Assembly (NCBI GenBank): GCA_036850965.1
Contig: JAZGQO010000011.1
Location: 61,751,281 to 61,815,280 of the forward strand
Direction: 5' to 3'
Source: Patella caerulea
Lineage: Eukaryota
Length of the DNA: 64,000 bases
Positions 12,601 through 27,600 of this stretch are shown here, in pieces (within the stretch, counting starts at the first letter, position 1; each line of letters starts with the position of its first letter). The position numbers and the translations under genes were made by a program. The notes under the pieces were generated by a model that had not been told where the DNA came from, searched no databases, and worked only from the letters and a program-made list of their open reading frames with translations.

Positions 12601-15600
12601 AAGTTCTCCAGCATGTCAGTAAGGCTAATCAGGTCTGGTGTTAATCTATTGGATTAACCTAATTTTATTTGGCGGAATGGGTGGACACACTAGGCGAATC
12701 CTTTGCCTGATTCACCAGTTGATTGCATTACCTTTCACATCACATGATTAAAAATGGCGACGACCATGTCTTTGTTTGTTGAAGCAAATACACTAGACGA
12801 ATATAATTCGGGGGAATCATTTGGCCGAATGACAGTGGACACACTAGGCGCATTTTGACACCAAATCGTTCAGCTAGTGTGTCCACCGCTTTAGACCTGT
12901 TAGTGCAGAAATGGCCATATATTTTGTTTCTTGTGTTGAATTTTTCATGATTTATTTTTGCATTGAAATATTTTCCTCCTCTCTTTTTTTATTCAGGCAT
13001 TCCATGATGCAGATATAAATTTTAGATCTCTACCCGCCTGTCTGAGACGAGTGATGATCGCTAAATTCCCCGATTTTGATAAATATCAATTAGGTAAATA
13101 TATGTTAGATATTGTTAGTTTGTAAAATTCCCTGAAGAGATCTCATCATTTTTCAAGCTCAGTTCATATTTATCCATAGTGCTGTGAAACATTTTGTGTC
13201 TAGTTGTAAGGATAATACAAAAATCTGACATTGCTGCATATTCTACATCATAACATCTGATGACGATCAAGAAAGAGCTGACAGCTAGTATATCAGAATG
13301 AAGAAAAGTGGTTGACATAACTAGACAGATTTTTTATTTATGTATTTATCTATTTTAAATATAGCAGTACTTGTACTTTATCTTCTTTATATGAAAAATT
13401 CACTTGAAGGATCCCTTGGCAATTTTGTATTTATAGAAGCCTGAACAAAAATGCAGCTGTTAACGGAACATTCTCCTCTTTTCATTTCTCATGTAGTCGT
13501 TGGAAAATTTGTAAGGTTCTAAATGATGTAGTTATTATGAAGTTATTCCGTTCTTGAATATCTAACCTTAACTTCATTTGCAAATAAATTTTATAGAAGA
13601 TACTTATTTTTTTATTCCTTGTGAGCACACTATGTAAGATATAAATTCATTCTAGCGTATGACCACAACCTGATTAATATATTTGATTATATCATTCGCC
13701 AGTCAATCAAATGCCTTGACAATCAAGGACTTCATAAAATCTCATGGAATGTTGTGTATGTCAGGTTTTGATTGGTAGTTTAATTTAGAGTTGACCAATC
13801 ACTATCTGTATTACTGAATTTTCCCTGTAAAGACCAAGTGGAGTAAATGACCAAAATGTGGATATCATTCAATTATGCAGCACAAAACATACCTAATTTT
13901 TTTTTGCAATCTTTTTTTTTTCAGCTAAATATAATAAAGACAGTTCAAAAAATAAGAATAAGAAGGAGAAGCAGGGAAGTTTCAGAGGAAGGGGAAGAGG
14001 AAGAGGTGGAGGACGTGGGAGAGGAAGAGGTGGACGTGGAGGAGTGTCAATAGGTGTTAAAGATTCTGGTACAGCTAAATCTTCCGACTCGGACAGTGAT
14101 TCTAGTGATTCTGATGATGAAAAGAAGGTAATAAGAACAAACTTGTTTTATTTTATACAATTCAGAAATATGACAGGATCCTTTAAAAGGGTTAAGAGGA
14201 CTTTTGACTATTTGTGGCTGTTCTACTTTAATTAGGTGTTAGGGGTTGAGCGGAGGGGGGGGGCACTGTATGTACAGGAGTTTCCTATACTGTTGTTAAT
14301 AGAGATTTATTGCCCTTGTTATTTGTTTGGGAGTTCCTTGCCGTAACATGTGGTTGACCTATTATATTACGTTTTTTATTCAAGAATTATTGCCCTTGTT
14401 AATGCATGTGGTTTAATGGTCGAGATCGAGACACTAAGTAATATACTGAAACAATATGAGGGACATAGTCTCGGGGTGTTGTTTCAATATATTATGTAAT
14501 GTCTTAAGCTTGAGACCTTTAAACCACCTAAAATACAGACACTCGCACATTCTTTGCAATAAAATACGTCACATGGATCCAAAATTTCAACTAGTATAAA
14601 GAATGTATGCTTGGCACACTGCCAGTACCATTATTTGAAATAATGGTTCGACGACATGTGTATTTTAAATCTTGTTAATGAATTGTAACAATGTTGTTAC
14701 AGGTACCAGGTGTCGAGTATGACGAGGAAGACGAGAGTAAGGCAGAAGTTCAACAGAAGAGCTTTACATTGAAACAGTTGATACGAAAATTACACATTAC
14801 AGAGCCTGTGGAACATGTCATGTCACTTATTGGAAAAAAGTAAATTTACCTATTACTTTTTGTTTTACGTTTGTCATTTAGATTTGTCAATACACAACTA
14901 TATCTATATCCAGTAGTCATTAAACGTCTACATCAGCAATATAATGAAGCCCTCAAATGTTTGACAAAGCTCCTTTAAAAATGACATTACATTATACCTA
15001 AAAAAAAAAGAACCATTCATCAAATGATTGCCGTAACACAGACAACGATAATGTCTGATTATGACAGCTTAATTCAAGCTAAACTCTTTTCAAATTAATT
15101 ATCAAAAAGAAAAATCCACAACACAGTTGATATGGAAATACAATTACTGGTTTATAGGCATAGCACAAGGTTTCGACAAGTATACTCTTATCAACATCAG
15201 ACATTAACACTCAATCCTGTATTGTGTTTTTTTTAATGTGTTCAGTCGCTAAATGACACTTAAGGATTGTATTTAACAATTAAAATACATTATGTAACCT
15301 CTATTTTAAATGTATTTTTTCAGATATCCAGATAATTTAGAAGATTTTTATAAAGCTCGTTTACCGGGAACATGGGATGAGGAGAGGGCAGGTAAAAGGA
15401 TGAAATTACCTGTACCTGAAACCTGGGAAACTCAAGTATCTCTCAAGGGAAATAAAGCTTCCACCTGGCAACAATTATTAGGTATTTAATCCATTCTGTA
15501 AAAAGGATTAAATTGTACGCAAAGATTATCAAAAGTAGATTTAATGGAGTGAGAGGGCATATACTGGTGGGGAGAGGGAAGGGTCGTGGAGAGTGGTGTC

Positions 15601-18600
15601 GAGAGGGGAGACAGTGAGAGGCTGGCGTAAGACAGGAAGATTAAGAGGACGAGGCAGACATACGCCATACACTTTGGTATGCGGGAAATTTCGCCCTGAC
15701 GCTTGCACTATGGCCTACTCTTATTTCGAATTCCAACTGCAAAAGAGATTTTGCCCTGATAGCTGCACTACAGGGGACTTTAACATGCGGCCAATGCTTT
15801 ACATGAGTTTTCTTGCCATTCCCTCTGTCCTGATTCCCTTACATTGGAAAAACAGACTAGGAGATCCTGAAGATCTTTCTGTCTTCCAACACCAGGTTCA
15901 AACCGGTGGCCATGTGGTTATGGAATCCGACTAACACTAGCATCTGACATATTTGTTATTTAAATCTTGGGGGACATGATGGCCGAATGGTTACCACGTG
16001 AGCGTTGTATCATAAAGCCTCTCATTGAGTCAACTGGGAAAGCAAACTATTGAAACAAAATCAAAACATATGTTAGTCCCGAAATGACCAAGTTTCTGTT
16101 GAGTGGACTTTAAATCTTTTATGTAAATTTGTATGTTTTGTTTACAGATAATAAAAAGTTACCTTTCATGGCCATGTTACGTAATTTACGTAATCTGATA
16201 AAGGCGGGAATATCACCAAAACATCACGCAGGTGTTATAAGACGTCTGACAGATGAGGTAAATATATGTAGTGTGATATATGATTCTGTTCATTGTTGTC
16301 TAGTGTGAGCGAGTGGGTGGGGAATAGATAAAGTCATTTACTCTGGATATCCCCTCCCCCTTGTATTCAGATTGAAAGAAAGCTCGTCAAACAATTTCTT
16401 CAAACATCTAATTGGCACTAGCTTGTGATGACCATGTTGTCTGCAATGGATGCTGAATGCTGACGATTTTTCAATTATTAGCACCATATTTTGATTAATA
16501 TTAGTTTAGGAAATTCAGCTTGCAAAATATATATTGTAGTTTGCATATACTACCCAAACACTGATATCGTTTTTGAGACATTTACACATCTATCTTTGCT
16601 AATGAATATATAGTAATAAAACAGAATATTTAGAAACTTGTTTATTTATTTTTAACAGAGACAGGTGATCAACAGCAGACAGTTCCCATTCCGATTCTTC
16701 TCAGCTTATGAGGCTCTCACTCAACTAGCTAAAGAATATGAACAAAATCGTAAGTTTTGAATAGTTAACCACATGTCTTAAGTTTTTTTCTGAATTTTGA
16801 CTCAAGTTTGAATTTCTCTTTTGTTTCGGTTCTTCACAGCAGACAAGTTTAAATTAGAGTAGTATTAGCTATATTTGATCTGTTTAAATTTGTTTGGCCG
16901 ATCACATAGTATGCATCAACCCAACTTCTGGGTTAAATGGCTGCAAAAAAGGATCAAGCTGTTATTCTTAAATGGTGTAGGAGGTGTTATTTTACAGGAA
17001 TGCCAATAAGTGCTGCCATAATATATTAAGCTAAACCTGACTTAATGTTTCAGAGAGTAATTTAGTTTCTGAAGCTGAAGCTAAGGTTAGTCCAGATTCA
17101 CATCCACCTGCACATCGTGGTGGACGTGGTGGCCGTGGTGGCCGAGGTAGGAAAGGAGGAAGACCCAAACCTAAAGGAACAGGATATGAATGGTGGCTCA
17201 AGAAAAAAGCTAAAAATCAGGGGACAAAGTAAGTTTCTGATAATTACTGTTCTGGCCTTTGGACTTTTTGCAAAATGTGGATTCTCAAGTTATCATCCCA
17301 TTGATTTGACTGGCAGCCAGAACTGTTTAATATGTTCTCACTTTAGACCATTAATGATGGTGCAAAAGTAATCAAGTTTTCGGTTTTGGTTTAATAACTG
17401 ACACAGAATCAAATTGTCTGATTATTTCTGAAAGTGATTTACACACGGTTTAGGCTCAGGCACTGTATCGAAACGCTCTGGATCTAAATGACATCCAATA
17501 AAAATTTGCGTTTGATCATAATGAGTGTTTAAGATGATACAATGAGAATGACATGTTTCGTCTCTAACTAAATGGTTGTATACTATTTATAGGGAGGTAC
17601 CATACGATATGACTATTATTGGTCGATACAAGAAAGCTCTCGATGTAGCTGTCCAGATTGCAACCAAGTATAATGTACAACCAATCAAGGGAAGAACCTG
17701 GATATTCTGTAATGTTGATGATGACATGGATTCTCCGTGCCAGTCTGCTAAAGGATTGGGAAAACCGAGAACTGTAAGTAGATATGCATCAGATAAAGGA
17801 GGAAAATTGCATGACAAAATATAGACCGAATGAACAAGTATTATGTGGTGAGGAAGCGGTAGTTCTGGGCGGTATAGGAAACAGTAGTTTTGGGTGGTAT
17901 ATATATGAAGTGATAGTTGTGGTTGGTATAGGAAGCATAGTTTTGGGTGATGATAGGAAGCGGTAGTTTTGTGCAGTATAGGAAGCAGTAGTTTTGCGTG
18001 ATATAGGAAGTGGTGGTTTTGGGCAGTATAGGAAGCATAGTTTTGGGTGGTATAGTAAGCAGTAGTTTTGGGTGGTATGAAGCGGTAGTTTTAGGGGAAG
18101 CACTGTGACATTTGATTTTCAATTCACTGTGACATTTGATTTTCAATTCACTATGAAATATTTTATTTTCAATTCATTGTGACATATTTGATTTTAAATT
18201 CACCATTTTAAATCCACTTTGCCACAATTTTTTATAAATTCACTGTTACATATTTATTTTCAATTCACTGTGACATATTTTATTGTCCTCGCCTTTCGAA
18301 GAAAGTTGGGGGACTATTAAAATGGGTTCGTCCGTCTGTCTGTCTGTCTGTCTGTCTGTCCTTCTGTCTGTCCGTCTGTCTGTCCGTCACACTTTTTGGG
18401 ACACAATAGCTCCCTTCCTAATTGAGCTAGAGTGTTCAAACTTGGTGTATGTGTTTATTAGGTCAATACCTTGATGGAGTTCGAAGATGAGCATTCTCCG
18501 CTTAGGGTAAGCAGAGATAAGCAATTTGATTGGTTGATGCTTTGGGACACGATAACTTTAGTTCTAATTAAATGATATTGATGAAACTTGGTGTATAGTT

Positions 18601-21600
18601 TCATTACAGTAATACCTTGACTAAGTTCGATAATGAGCATTTTCTGCTCAGGGTAAGCAGAGCGATAAGCAATTTGATTTGCCGAGACTTTGGAACACAA
18701 TAACTCTCCTTCGAATTGAGTTAAAATGTTCAAAATTGGTGTGTATGCTTATTAGGTCAATGCCTTGATGGAGTTCGAAGATGAGCATTTTCTTCTTAGG
18801 GTAGGCAGAGATAAGCAATTTGATTGGTTGATACTTTGGGACAAGATAACTTAGGTTCATCTTGATTGATGATTTTTATGCCAATACAATGACTGCATTC
18901 TCATTCAGTAATGGATTCGACAGTAACAGTGTATAGAAACGATTGACTCGGACACGAGGACCCTTGGCCAGAGGGGCCCTTTTGTCTGCCTTTGGGGTCC
19001 CCCTAACTAGGGTACATTTTCTTTTTTCTCGTCGGTTTTAGCATTTTTCTTTATAGAACACTTTTGGATGACACTTCGTGTACAGTTTGATTGCTCGATA
19101 CGTTTGAAAAAAATAAATGTGCGATTAATTAATATGTGTCATCTATTTATTTTGGGACTTCGGCGGGGGACATCAGCCTCACTGTTGGCTTGTTTTAAAT
19201 GCACTCTGTCATATATTTTTTTAAATTCACTATGAAATGTTTTATTTTCAGAGAAAGGAAATCGGAATTTTAATGGGTTTAATGTGTAAATATTCGTGTG
19301 AAGAAAGTCAAATGATCCTTTTTGATGGAACAAGTTACAGTTCTGTAGATCTACAGAAAGGCACAATCCTAGACAACATGGAGGCTGCTCTAAAAGCCAC
19401 GCCTGAGAAACCGGTAAATTATAGTGCTTCCTATGGCCAACAAATGGCCAGGCTCCATTGCTATAGTCCCTCTTCACTGGCTTGAATCAGTGGTCAAAGG
19501 GCCTGTATGAGGGGATATAATCCTTTGCATGAGGAAATGTCATCAATTAAACTATAAGGTCTTTATGAGACTAGTAAACTATACAGTCTTTATGAAAAGG
19601 TCTTTGTGAGAAAATGGCATCTAGTATATATACATATGGGGTTCTTTATAAGGAAATCACATCTAGTAAACTATAAGGAAATGGCATGTCAGGAATTACA
19701 GGGTCTTTATAAGTAAACTATATGGTCTTTATAAGGAAACGCCATTGAGTAGGCTATGAGGTCTTTCTAAGGAAATAACATCTGGTAAACGACAGGGTCT
19801 TTATGAGTAAACTATTAGGTTTTTATAAGGAAATGACATTATAAACTATGAGGTCTTACTAAGGAAACGACATTTAGTAAACTATTAGGTCTTAATAAGG
19901 AAATACCATCTGGTAAACTACAGGGCCTTTATGAGTAAACTATAAGGTCTTTATAAAGAAATGACATTATAAACTATAGGGTCTTTCTTAGGGAATGCCA
20001 TCTGGTAAACTACAGGGTCTTTATGAGTAAACTATAAGGTTTTTATAAGGAAATGACATTATAAACTATAGTGTCTTTCTAAGGGAATGACATCTAGTAA
20101 ACTAAAATGTCTTTATGAGTGAACTATAACACTATAAGGTTTTTATAAGGAAATGTCATTATAAACTATAGGGTCTTTCTAAGGGAATGACATCTAGTAA
20201 ACTAAAAGGTCAATGTGAGGAAATGACATGCAGTAAACTTCAGGGCCTACAAGGTCTTTCTAAGGAAATGACATTTTGTAAACTAAAAGGTCTTTATGAG
20301 TAAACTATAAGGTTTTTATAAGGAAATGACATTATATACTATAGGGTCTTTCTAAGGGAATGACATCTAGTAAACTAAAAGGTCAATAATTATGTGAGGA
20401 AATAACATGCAGTAAACTTCATTGATTATTTATATGTTTATTAATATTTATATTTCAGGGCTATATGCCATTGACTAACGTAAGTATAATTTCTTATTTT
20501 GTTGCACAAACTGCTGTAGCTCAGTGAGTAAGACACTGGATTGCTAATCTTGAGGTCCTGGGTTTGCTTCCTGGTAAGGGCTGAGAAAGTTTCCCCCTCG
20601 TCAGTGATGTAGGATCTAGCATCTGCCAAAAAACAGTGTATAGTCATTCGGGCTGTATACACCCGTCTTTATTAGCCTGGTTGAAGCTACTAAATTAAAA
20701 AAAACAAACCATTCCTTCCATTTTGTGGCATGCAGCGGTTGACTAACATGAACTGCTATTTTGAATTTTTTAGTTCAACATGTATTATAATTAACACTGC
20801 TGGTGGTAGTGGAAGTATGCTTACTGAATTAGTGTTATATTGGGTTGTATATCTGTAGGATTGTCTTCAATTTATTAACAGCAGCCAACAAAAACAAGTA
20901 TCCATCTTGAAGTTCACCATTAGGGTGCCCCACGTGCCAACTGAAAAGTTGTTCTTGACACGTTGATCCTGCACGTTTTAGTTCAATGACTTACTACTGA
21001 TTTCTAACAGTCTCGCACACTCGTTGAGGCTATAAATAGCAACAGCATGCGGAAATGTTCAAAACACCAAACACTACTACAGCCGTAAAAAATCTATTGT
21101 TGACGATTCTGAATAGCAATAATATTTAACTTTTTGGTTATTACGGCATCTTTAGAAATTACGCTCGTTTTATTTTTTAAATTGCCTTATAATTAGCTGT
21201 ACCATTAGAAGCTGCATATTTTGGTTAAGTACAAATAATATCTCTGACTCAACGTCCGTATGGAAGAATAATGATCAAAGCAGTAGTTTCATTTTACTTT
21301 TACAAGGTTCTTAAAAATATTGTTGAGACGCCTGATGTTGGTGCTTCTAAATTCAATTTCTTGTTCCATGTTTCGTAAAAAAAAGTAGTCTTGATTATCC
21401 CGACCCGTCAATTAGACGTAGAATGATCGGTAGACTAGTTAAGCGAGACTAATTTCAAAACAAGGGCACGTAACCTATCTTTTACTCAAAAGTGTCTGGA
21501 TGTTATGGACGCCACTCAAAACCATTTTTCAGTATTATTTATGTATGGTTTAAATGATCATAGCTTATGAAGTACAGCATGGTCGTTTATTTAGTGACTA

Positions 21601-24600
21601 TAAATGTGTGAAACAGATTTAAGGCTTTCTAAATATATTAGTATTTTGGTTTAATTGTCGAGATATTTGGAGATATTCATTTAGGGTGGGGCACCCTATC
21701 ACCATGTCCTTTTATTGTCAAGGGAAACAACTCAATTTAGCATAAATTTTTGAGAAGGCTCCAGACCACATTTAACTAAGTAGTATTTTTGATTATTTTG
21801 TAAAAGCAGAATAGTGAGCAGGTAATAGAGGCTATATATGATTGAAATCCCATATGGATATTCAGCCGATAATGCATACAAGTATAAGCTTATATAAATA
21901 ATGAGTTTTGTTTTATTCTTCTAGTCTGGTATAAAGTATTCTTCTTCACCTGCTGAGAACTCATTACCTTTTAAGGTATTCTATGATGCGTTGCGAGACA
22001 GACAACAGGTAATTATACAAATTGTAAATATTGCTTTAAAGGACAATATTGGTGTCAGTTATTATCACGTATGTGATAGAACTGGTTTAAAGACACATTA
22101 CAAATATAATTTTAACATGGAGATCATTGCTACGATAGATGAGTAAAGGGAAATGACGAATGCGAAAGGAAAACACAAGTTATCCCTCTATATAACTGAC
22201 TGAAGTGGCGAGTGATAACTAATATTTCCATCGAAGACAAAATGTTGTTGTGTGAGACAGTGAGAGGATATCTTACAATTGATAAAAATAATTGATGGCC
22301 ACTACAATGTAGATAAGAGAACACGAAAGAAAAACATAAAAAGTCTGTGCATTATCATGTTTTTATAAGGTTTAGAAAGAATAAAACTAAGAGAATGTAC
22401 AGACTATTTTTAAATTTCTCGTTTTCACTTATCTAATGACACTCAAATCACTTTAGTGAATTGTCGGATATCCTCTTGCAGTCCCATATAAAAACTTATG
22501 GTCTTCGAAGGAATTGTAAGCATACATTCGACTGTTTATCTGTTATCACTATCACTTCAGTCAGTTATATAGAGGGATAACTTGTGTTTTCTTTCGCATT
22601 TGTCACTTCCGATTGTTGGAACCTTTATCTATCGTAGCAATGATCTCTATGTTAAAATTATATTTGGAATGTGTTTAACCAGTTCTATCACATATGTGAT
22701 AATGACTGACACCAATATTGTCCTTTAAAATGAGCTGCTACAGCGCAATAACATTTCATCATTTCTTTATACAATGTGGGTCAATGTTGTCACTAAACGG
22801 GCTGCCACTGCACAGAGACTGTCATAATTGGAAATGCTTTAAAAAAATAAAAGTTGATACTACTATGACTTTCCCCTTCACTAAAATTTTTGAAATTATT
22901 AGCTCTTGTAATACGGGAATACCACACTACACACAAAAGACAAACCAGTAGATAGAGACAAACTACACATACATTGTAAGCAATAAACAACCAGTGATAA
23001 ATCAAGTATAACTGTAGATCTTGAATCGCTGTCTTATTTACTTAATTCTAACCATGAACAATTGAACAGGTGCAGGGGCGGATCCAGGGGGGGTGACTAG
23101 GGTGACTTGTCACCCCCCTCCCCACCTGTGTATAGGAATCCCGGGTCCTACAAGCTTCCACTGGGACATGCTCGCATGGTCGTATATATATTATATAGCA
23201 AACGGTACGCATCTTTTCAGACACACAATCAGCATCTATGTTACTAGCGGAAGAAATTAGCTCTGTAAACCGCGGTCGGCGAAACAAAACATGGGGTTGT
23301 CACTCCCCTCACAAAATTCCTGGATCCGCCACTGAGGTGAAACTGACTTGTGACCATATGCATGTCACATGGCTTGTACACATTGGCGTGCACGTAAAAG
23401 ATCCCTTGGCAGTTGGAATTCGATATAAGAGTAGACCGTAGTGCCGCTGATTGGGCAAAATTTCCCTCATAACACACTGTATGGCGTATGCCCATCTTCA
23501 TTAGCCCAGTTTAGGAGCAAAATCCCATTTCATTTCATTTCTGTTTGGGGGGGGGATTGGGATGATCTAGTGGTCTAGAGTGCCGCGCTTCGACCTCTGG
23601 CTTGCCGGTCACCTCTTGCTTGCGGCTGTGGTTTTTGATCCCTGGTGTGAGCGTATGTGGCATGGAGATAGGGGCGCCTTCTCAACCTCGTGGGTTTCCT
23701 CCGGGCACTCTGGTTCCTCCCACTGCTAAAGACCCTTACGCACATGCGAATTATTGAAATAATATTGAAATCATATGTTAGTCCAAAAATCACCTAGTTT
23801 GTGTCGAGTGGACGTTAAATCACATTTCTGTCTTTCATTTCCATTTGTTATTTTGGTATTGAGGAGTGTATCGGAAAACAAATATTTTCTTACGTACTGT
23901 TTAGGTACATTTGATGTTTTGTCAGATGTATTCAGTAAGGTCTGACATTGAATCAACTGGTGTGGTTTCGATTCTCCGGTTGTATGTGACAAGGAGTAGG
24001 TTCGTCTGTCCAACCTCGTGGGTTTTTTCTGGGCCCTCTGGTTTCCTCCAACTGGTAAAGCCTGACCTTGTTTGTGTCAAATTGACGTTAAATCCCATGT
24101 TTCTCTCTCTCTTGTATTTGAATTTGATGGTTTTGTTTTTGTTTCAGATTGATAATTTGATTATAATCAGTGAGGATAATTTTCAATTAGAATATTTTCT
24201 ACCTGTCTACAGACGATTGGTCAATCCAAACCTGGTCTTCGCTTCTATAAAGTTGAAGGGTTACCGAGCAGGGTGAGTGTATTTTGATATTCGTCGCTGC
24301 ACATGTTGTGCTCACACTATTTTTTGCAGATCCCAATTCAAATAGTTTAAAGCATGACTGGTAGCAGTCGATCTTCCCTTTGGCTTGTGGTGCAGGATTA
24401 GAGGTCCTGACAAGCACAGCTGTTTAGTTGTTTGGATGGGACCAAAAAATAAACGGTGCACATAAAAGAACTCTTGACAGTTGGAAGTCAAAAGAAAAGT
24501 TGGTCATAGTGCTGCTGTCAGGGGAAAATTTTCCTCATAGCACACTGTATCATGCCATTATTCCTATTTCTCATCTTCATCAGTTCGGTTGGTACAGAGA

Positions 24601-27600
24601 ATCAGGATTTCGGTCGACATTTCATTTTCTATCTACTGAAGATAGAAATAACAAATTTTGACCAATTTCATCATGGCCATGGATAATTTAAATTTTACAA
24701 TATAATTGATTGACAGACTGGCTTTAATTGCACAGATTATTTTATGTTTTTTTTATATTTTTTTCAGTTTTTCCGACAAGATTGTACCAGCTCATGATAA
24801 TGATATCTATATATCTGGATACAGTGATCAAATACTGAGGTAGGATTAATTATATAATATTCAAGTATGACAATTTTATTATTAAGTCTACCTTAATCTG
24901 TCTTTATATGGGGAAAACCCATGTATGTAAAAACTTTTAGAGAATATAGATGTTGTGGAAAGGAAAGGGTACTAAGTCATTCATATGGTAATAATAATAA
25001 TATAATAATGTATATTTATAAAGTGCTTGATAATCCATCCATTTATGCATGCTCAAAGCACTATATTTATGAAGTCTCTTGTCGGTTAAAACACACATAA
25101 AAAGATCTGTTTCTAATCTGACTAATAGAGTTTAAAAGGGTAAGTTTTTACTTGTGAATTAAAAATGGTAAGAAAGCTAAAAGTCCTCTTGTATTTATAT
25201 AGACATGCACCTAAAACTTACATGACACACATAGCCTTAGATGGAAATTTATTGCATGTTAGTCTAAAAATGACTTGTGATGGTCAGACACTAATCCCTG
25301 TTCCACGCCATTTTTGGAGTAACTTGGTTTGAATGTAAGTTTATAAATTGTTAGGAGAACATGTAAGACAATGGCTTTCTAAAGTTTGTAGTCACTTAAA
25401 ATTGGATAATAAAAATGTATCGATATATAGAAAGAGAGAGCGAAGAATAAGTGATGCAAACCAGGCAAATTCAAGGCTAACGTATGGTACAATTCTATTG
25501 CAATAATTAGCTTTTAAGTAGGGCTCTTTAAGGAAGAAACCGGAAGATCTGGAGAAAACCAAGATTAGACAGACTTTAAAACTAAAGGGTATACTGAGGT
25601 TAATGTAGGTGATGTGAGATGCCAGATTACTTCCATGTTATGTTATTCGTCGTTATTTATCGAAATATCTATTTTCTTTCTTCAGGTACATTGCTGAGAA
25701 GAGTGATGGAGGCCAGCTACTCCATGTTGAAAATATTGATGAAGCTTACAAACTGAAAGCCATAGCAACAGTCGCCTTAGATACCACTCTCGAAAAGGAA
25801 ATCGCCACGGAAACACCAGAAAAACCTTTACCAATTGTTTCTCAAGTGCCAAGGTAGGTTTTGATGGAATGATATAGATTATAATGTCAATTGATATGCA
25901 TGTGCGTACTGTATCATAAGGTCTGTCATTTAGTCAGCTTGATTTCGATTCCCCGGTTGTATGTGACGGGGAGTAGGGTTGACTGTTCAATTTTGTGGGT
26001 TTTCCCCGGGTTCTCGGGTTTCCTCCCACCGCTAAAGATCCCTACGCACATGTGAATTATTGAAATAAAATTGACACCTGTGTTAGTCCTGAAATGACCT
26101 AGTTTGTGTCGAGTTGAAGTCAAAACTCATTTCTTTCTCTTCCTCTGTGTATGTATATATGACTCTAAAACTATTGTCTTGTATTTTAACTGTATAGATG
26201 GAGAACAGCAAGAGTTTTTATATCATCGACATTTCGCGATATGCATGGTGAAAGAGATTTACTAACAAGATTTGTCTTCCCCGAGTTACGAGACCGCGGA
26301 AGTAAGCGATTTATTAACATCTATGAAGTTGATTTACGATGGGGTGTAACTGAAGAAGAAACTAAAAACAACAGGTTTGTATTTAAAATGGCTAGACATC
26401 TTTTATCTGGGTCATCAAGTCAAAAACGACCTCGAATTGTAGTCATGAATGGCTGAGAAATAATGATTATTTTCCCGTTCAATTGCAATCTGATGAAAAT
26501 ACGGATCGTATTTGTTTTGTTTGACATGTTTTCACAACACCAGGATCGGGAAGTTTTCTTATATAAGCTGCGTTCTGGTTATTGTGAGGGATTAGCCAAT
26601 GAAACGGTCTGTTATGGTGAGTTCATCGTGTCATGTGTAAACCACTAGAAACGTCAACGCTGGTTGATTAATCAATGTGTGACGTCAAAGGGTTAAAACT
26701 GGTCAGATCTTCATGTTGTGTAGGCCTTTGAAAATATAAAAAAAGGAAACTAAATGTAGGCGATACTCGATTCACAGTTCCGGAATTGAATTCCAAAACT
26801 GGTGTCAATCGAGTGAAAAGGAGAATTTCGGATTACAGCGCATGCGTCGACTGTATAAAAAGTATCCCAACCAATCATGACTGCTGAAACATATTTTTTA
26901 CCTAGGAATACGTCACGATTCTACTCACTCCACCTCAGCTGTCGGGACTGGCAGAACTGTGACAGGACTGAATTCCGCGTCACTCGATTGTAATTCTGTC
27001 GATTCGGGACGTTCTGGACTGTGAATCGAGCATCCCTGTAGATTTTTATTTTAATCAGATTGGTTCCCATGCCAAAAATCAAAATATTACCTTTATTAAT
27101 ACTTTGGGAATGTGCCAATTAATGTCAGCGACAAGTTTCATCCAAATAAACTGTCCACAAGATTGTCAAGAAGAGACAGTGAACACAAGCTGAACTTATA
27201 AGGGTACCCCCTCGACTGAAAATAAAATTGTTGACTCCTTTCAATATTATGATTTTTGGGGGTATGTTTGCTGACAATCTGTCCTTATTTAAAATTTTAC
27301 GTTTATAGATAAAGACATTAGTCAAGTGTAGAACCTAAAAATGTAAAAAATTTTGTGTTCATCTATCTGCACAGTAAGCCCAAACTACGAAACAATTAAA
27401 TAAATTTTGTGTTTTTCAGGGCGCTGTCTTTGTGTCTACAAGAAATAAAGAGATGCCAGTTTTTCCTGGGTATCCTGGCTGAGAGATACGGATATATGCC
27501 TGAAACATATGATGTTCCAGATACATCAGAATATGATTGGGTAAAGAATTATCCAACAGGAGCATCTGTTACAGAACTGGAAATGCATTATGGAGCATTA

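Noticed and set aside
17789-18146. Minus-strand ORFs of 104 and 101 aa
   Set aside because: They are translations of the 21-bp and 30-bp tandem repeats in TEP1 intron 12.
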